DNA from: Octopus sinensis | Taxonomy: Eukaryota | Length of the DNA stretch: 36,475 bases | Reading direction: 5' to 3' | Assembly: GCF_006345805.1 (NCBI RefSeq) | Contig: NW_021824676.1 | Location: 1 to 36,475, forward strand | Shown here: piece after piece, positions 34,651 to 36,475 of the stretch | Layout of the letters: each line of letters begins with the position of its first letter | How positions within the stretch are numbered: position 1 is the stretch's first letter | Program-made: the position numbers and the translations under genes | The notes under the pieces: generated by a model | Told to the model about the DNA's origin: nothing | Database searches by the model: none | What the model saw: only the letters and a program-made list of their open reading frames with translations

Positions 34651-34861
34651 TTACGGAGATGTACTCGCATAGCAAGTAATTTGATCTGAGATCGTGTGCT
34701 TAAACGAAAACAATTACAGCGTGGAAGGTGTTTGTAAGCCATTTAAGAAACACACAAAAGCCGTTCGATTCACTTCAACATTTAAGTTTAATTTGTCAAA
34801 ATATATTTTCGTCGCTAAAATCCGCGACCTGTTCACTGACAAAAATCCGTGCTGCATGGTT
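34651..34861 (-). mobile_element. Short repeat between (TA)n tracts carrying a variant hammerhead
   Basis: Contains 34792-34843; related copy at 27995-28155. Confidence 0.65.
34792..34843 (-). ncRNA. Type I hammerhead with G3:C8 swapped core
   Basis: TTTGTCA-GTGAACA-G-GTCGC[GGATTTTA]GCGAC-GAA-AATATATT-T^TGACAAA: 7-bp stem I, 5-bp stem II, palindromic stem III. Confidence 0.7.
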
Positions 34862-34879
34862 AATATACATATATATATA

Positions 34880-34926
<47 letters not shown>

Positions 34927-35282
34927 ATATATATTATATATATATATATATATAGGTAACAAGAATAAAAATGGTGAAAACCATATCTTTATTGGTAATT
35001 GCACCATACATTAGCAACGAACCCTTCCTGATCGTCGGTGATGTAGAGTGTAATAAATCAAAGATGTGATTCTCTCCATTCTTATTCTTGCATTATACTT
35101 CGAATTTCTTGGAATTCTTCTTGGTGACATTTGGATTTATTTGTCATACATGAGGAATTACCTTAGATGTTTATTCATCTTCCATTCGTTGGAATCTAAT
35201 TGTCAGATGTAGTTAACCAAATTTATATAACAGTGAGTGCTTTATAGATATCTGCCTGGAGTTATTGATCCCTAATAACTTA

Positions 35283-35723
35283 TATATATATATAACAGAA
35301 AGAGAGGAAATTGGATTATCCTCACGAAGTGAGTTATAATATATATAAGAAATTAAAGAAGGAAAATTAACACAATTTATATATATATATAAATATATAT
35401 ATGTGTGTATATATATATATATAAGTGTGTGTGTGTATGTATTATAGATGTGTGTGTGTGTGTGTGTGTGTGTTATGTATGTATATCTATATATTATATA
35501 TATAATGTATATATATATGATATATATATTATATATATATATATATATATAATATAATATATATATATATAGATAGAGAGAGAGATAGGATAGAGAGATA
35601 TATAGAGGAGATATATACAGAGAGAGATACATATATATGTATTCCTTCTTAATTCCTTACATATACATTACAACTCACTACGTGGGGATAATCGAATTTC
35701 CTTCCCTTCTGTTATATATATAA
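35283..35723. mobile_element. MITE-like element: ~80-bp inverted arms around a microsatellite core
   Basis: 35283-35364 vs 35642-35723 are reverse-complementary (imperfect). Confidence 0.75.
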
Positions 35724-35825
35724 AGATAAAACTTACTTGAAGAGGATGCGTGGCTTTCAGTCATATATAAAATAAATAATATAATATATGCATATATACA
35801 TAAGTATATGACATACATCTAAACG

Positions 35826-35877
<52 letters not shown>

Positions 35878-36475
35878 GCATATATGAGAACAGGACGTCA
35901 TGAAAAGTGTACAACAAAAAAATAAGAAGTACGAGTACATGGAATATGAACTATTTTTTCGAACAACGAAATGGAAAGTACAAATGGAAAACAAGACAAA
36001 CAACTTAAAGAGCGATCCTTCATCAGTTGTTGGCTGTTTTTCTACTCTCGTATTTCGAGCATTTAACAACAATATACACTTTCGATAAAATAGTTGCTCC
36101 CGCAAAGCAAGTTAAATAAAATTTGGGATTTTGGGGAGGGTCAAAATCGGTAACACAAATAGCACAGCGAAAACAAACAAGAAGGGCTGCTAAGCCTAAA
36201 CGAGGTTGTGGTGGCGAACGCGTAAATCAAGCTTGGACAGGAGACAGATAAGAGTACGTCTTCCTTGTTTCAGCTACAACAGAGAGAAAGAAAGAAACGC
36301 AAGTTAGGAGAAGAAAGAAAGATAGCCGATAGTCACGTGGGAGTCATGTCAGCAAGGGAGGAGGAGGAGTGAGGGAGAGGGAGTGACAGAGTAATAGGAT
36401 AGAAAAGTGGGAGAAGAAGAGGTAAAAATACGAGAGAGAAAGAGAGAGAACGAAGGAGTAAAAAGATCGTATAGA

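Overview
This is AT-rich, microsatellite-dense, repeat-dominated animal DNA. The tRNA-derived SINE families look like octopus/coleoid repeats, but that is recalled resemblance, not a search result. No host protein-coding gene can be securely called, and nearly all ORFs in the supplied track are translated microsatellites. Recognisable content: at least five tRNA-SINE families; LINE relics (CR1/L2-group, RTE, R4/Dong); a hAT-Charlie deletion derivative with an 8-bp TSD; a Tc1 5' fragment; two non-autonomous Helitrons; and several MITE/foldback elements. The main discovery is a set of hammerhead ribozymes (HHRs). A ~510-bp tandem repeat (4711-5886, 2.3 copies) carries a complete type I HHR on the minus strand of each full unit, and the array ends within 1 nt of the predicted self-cleavage site, as expected of a retrozyme-like (circular-RNA) retroelement. 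Other short repeats carry further HHR cores: an intact minimal HHR (9111-9145), a G3:C8 core-swapped HHR (34792-34843) and damaged ones (4502-4535, 16242-16316, 33253-33298). The last lies inside a tRNA-headed SINE that forms a head-to-head insertion bounded by a 12-bp direct repeat. All folds and alignments were done by eye; SINE boundaries are approximate.
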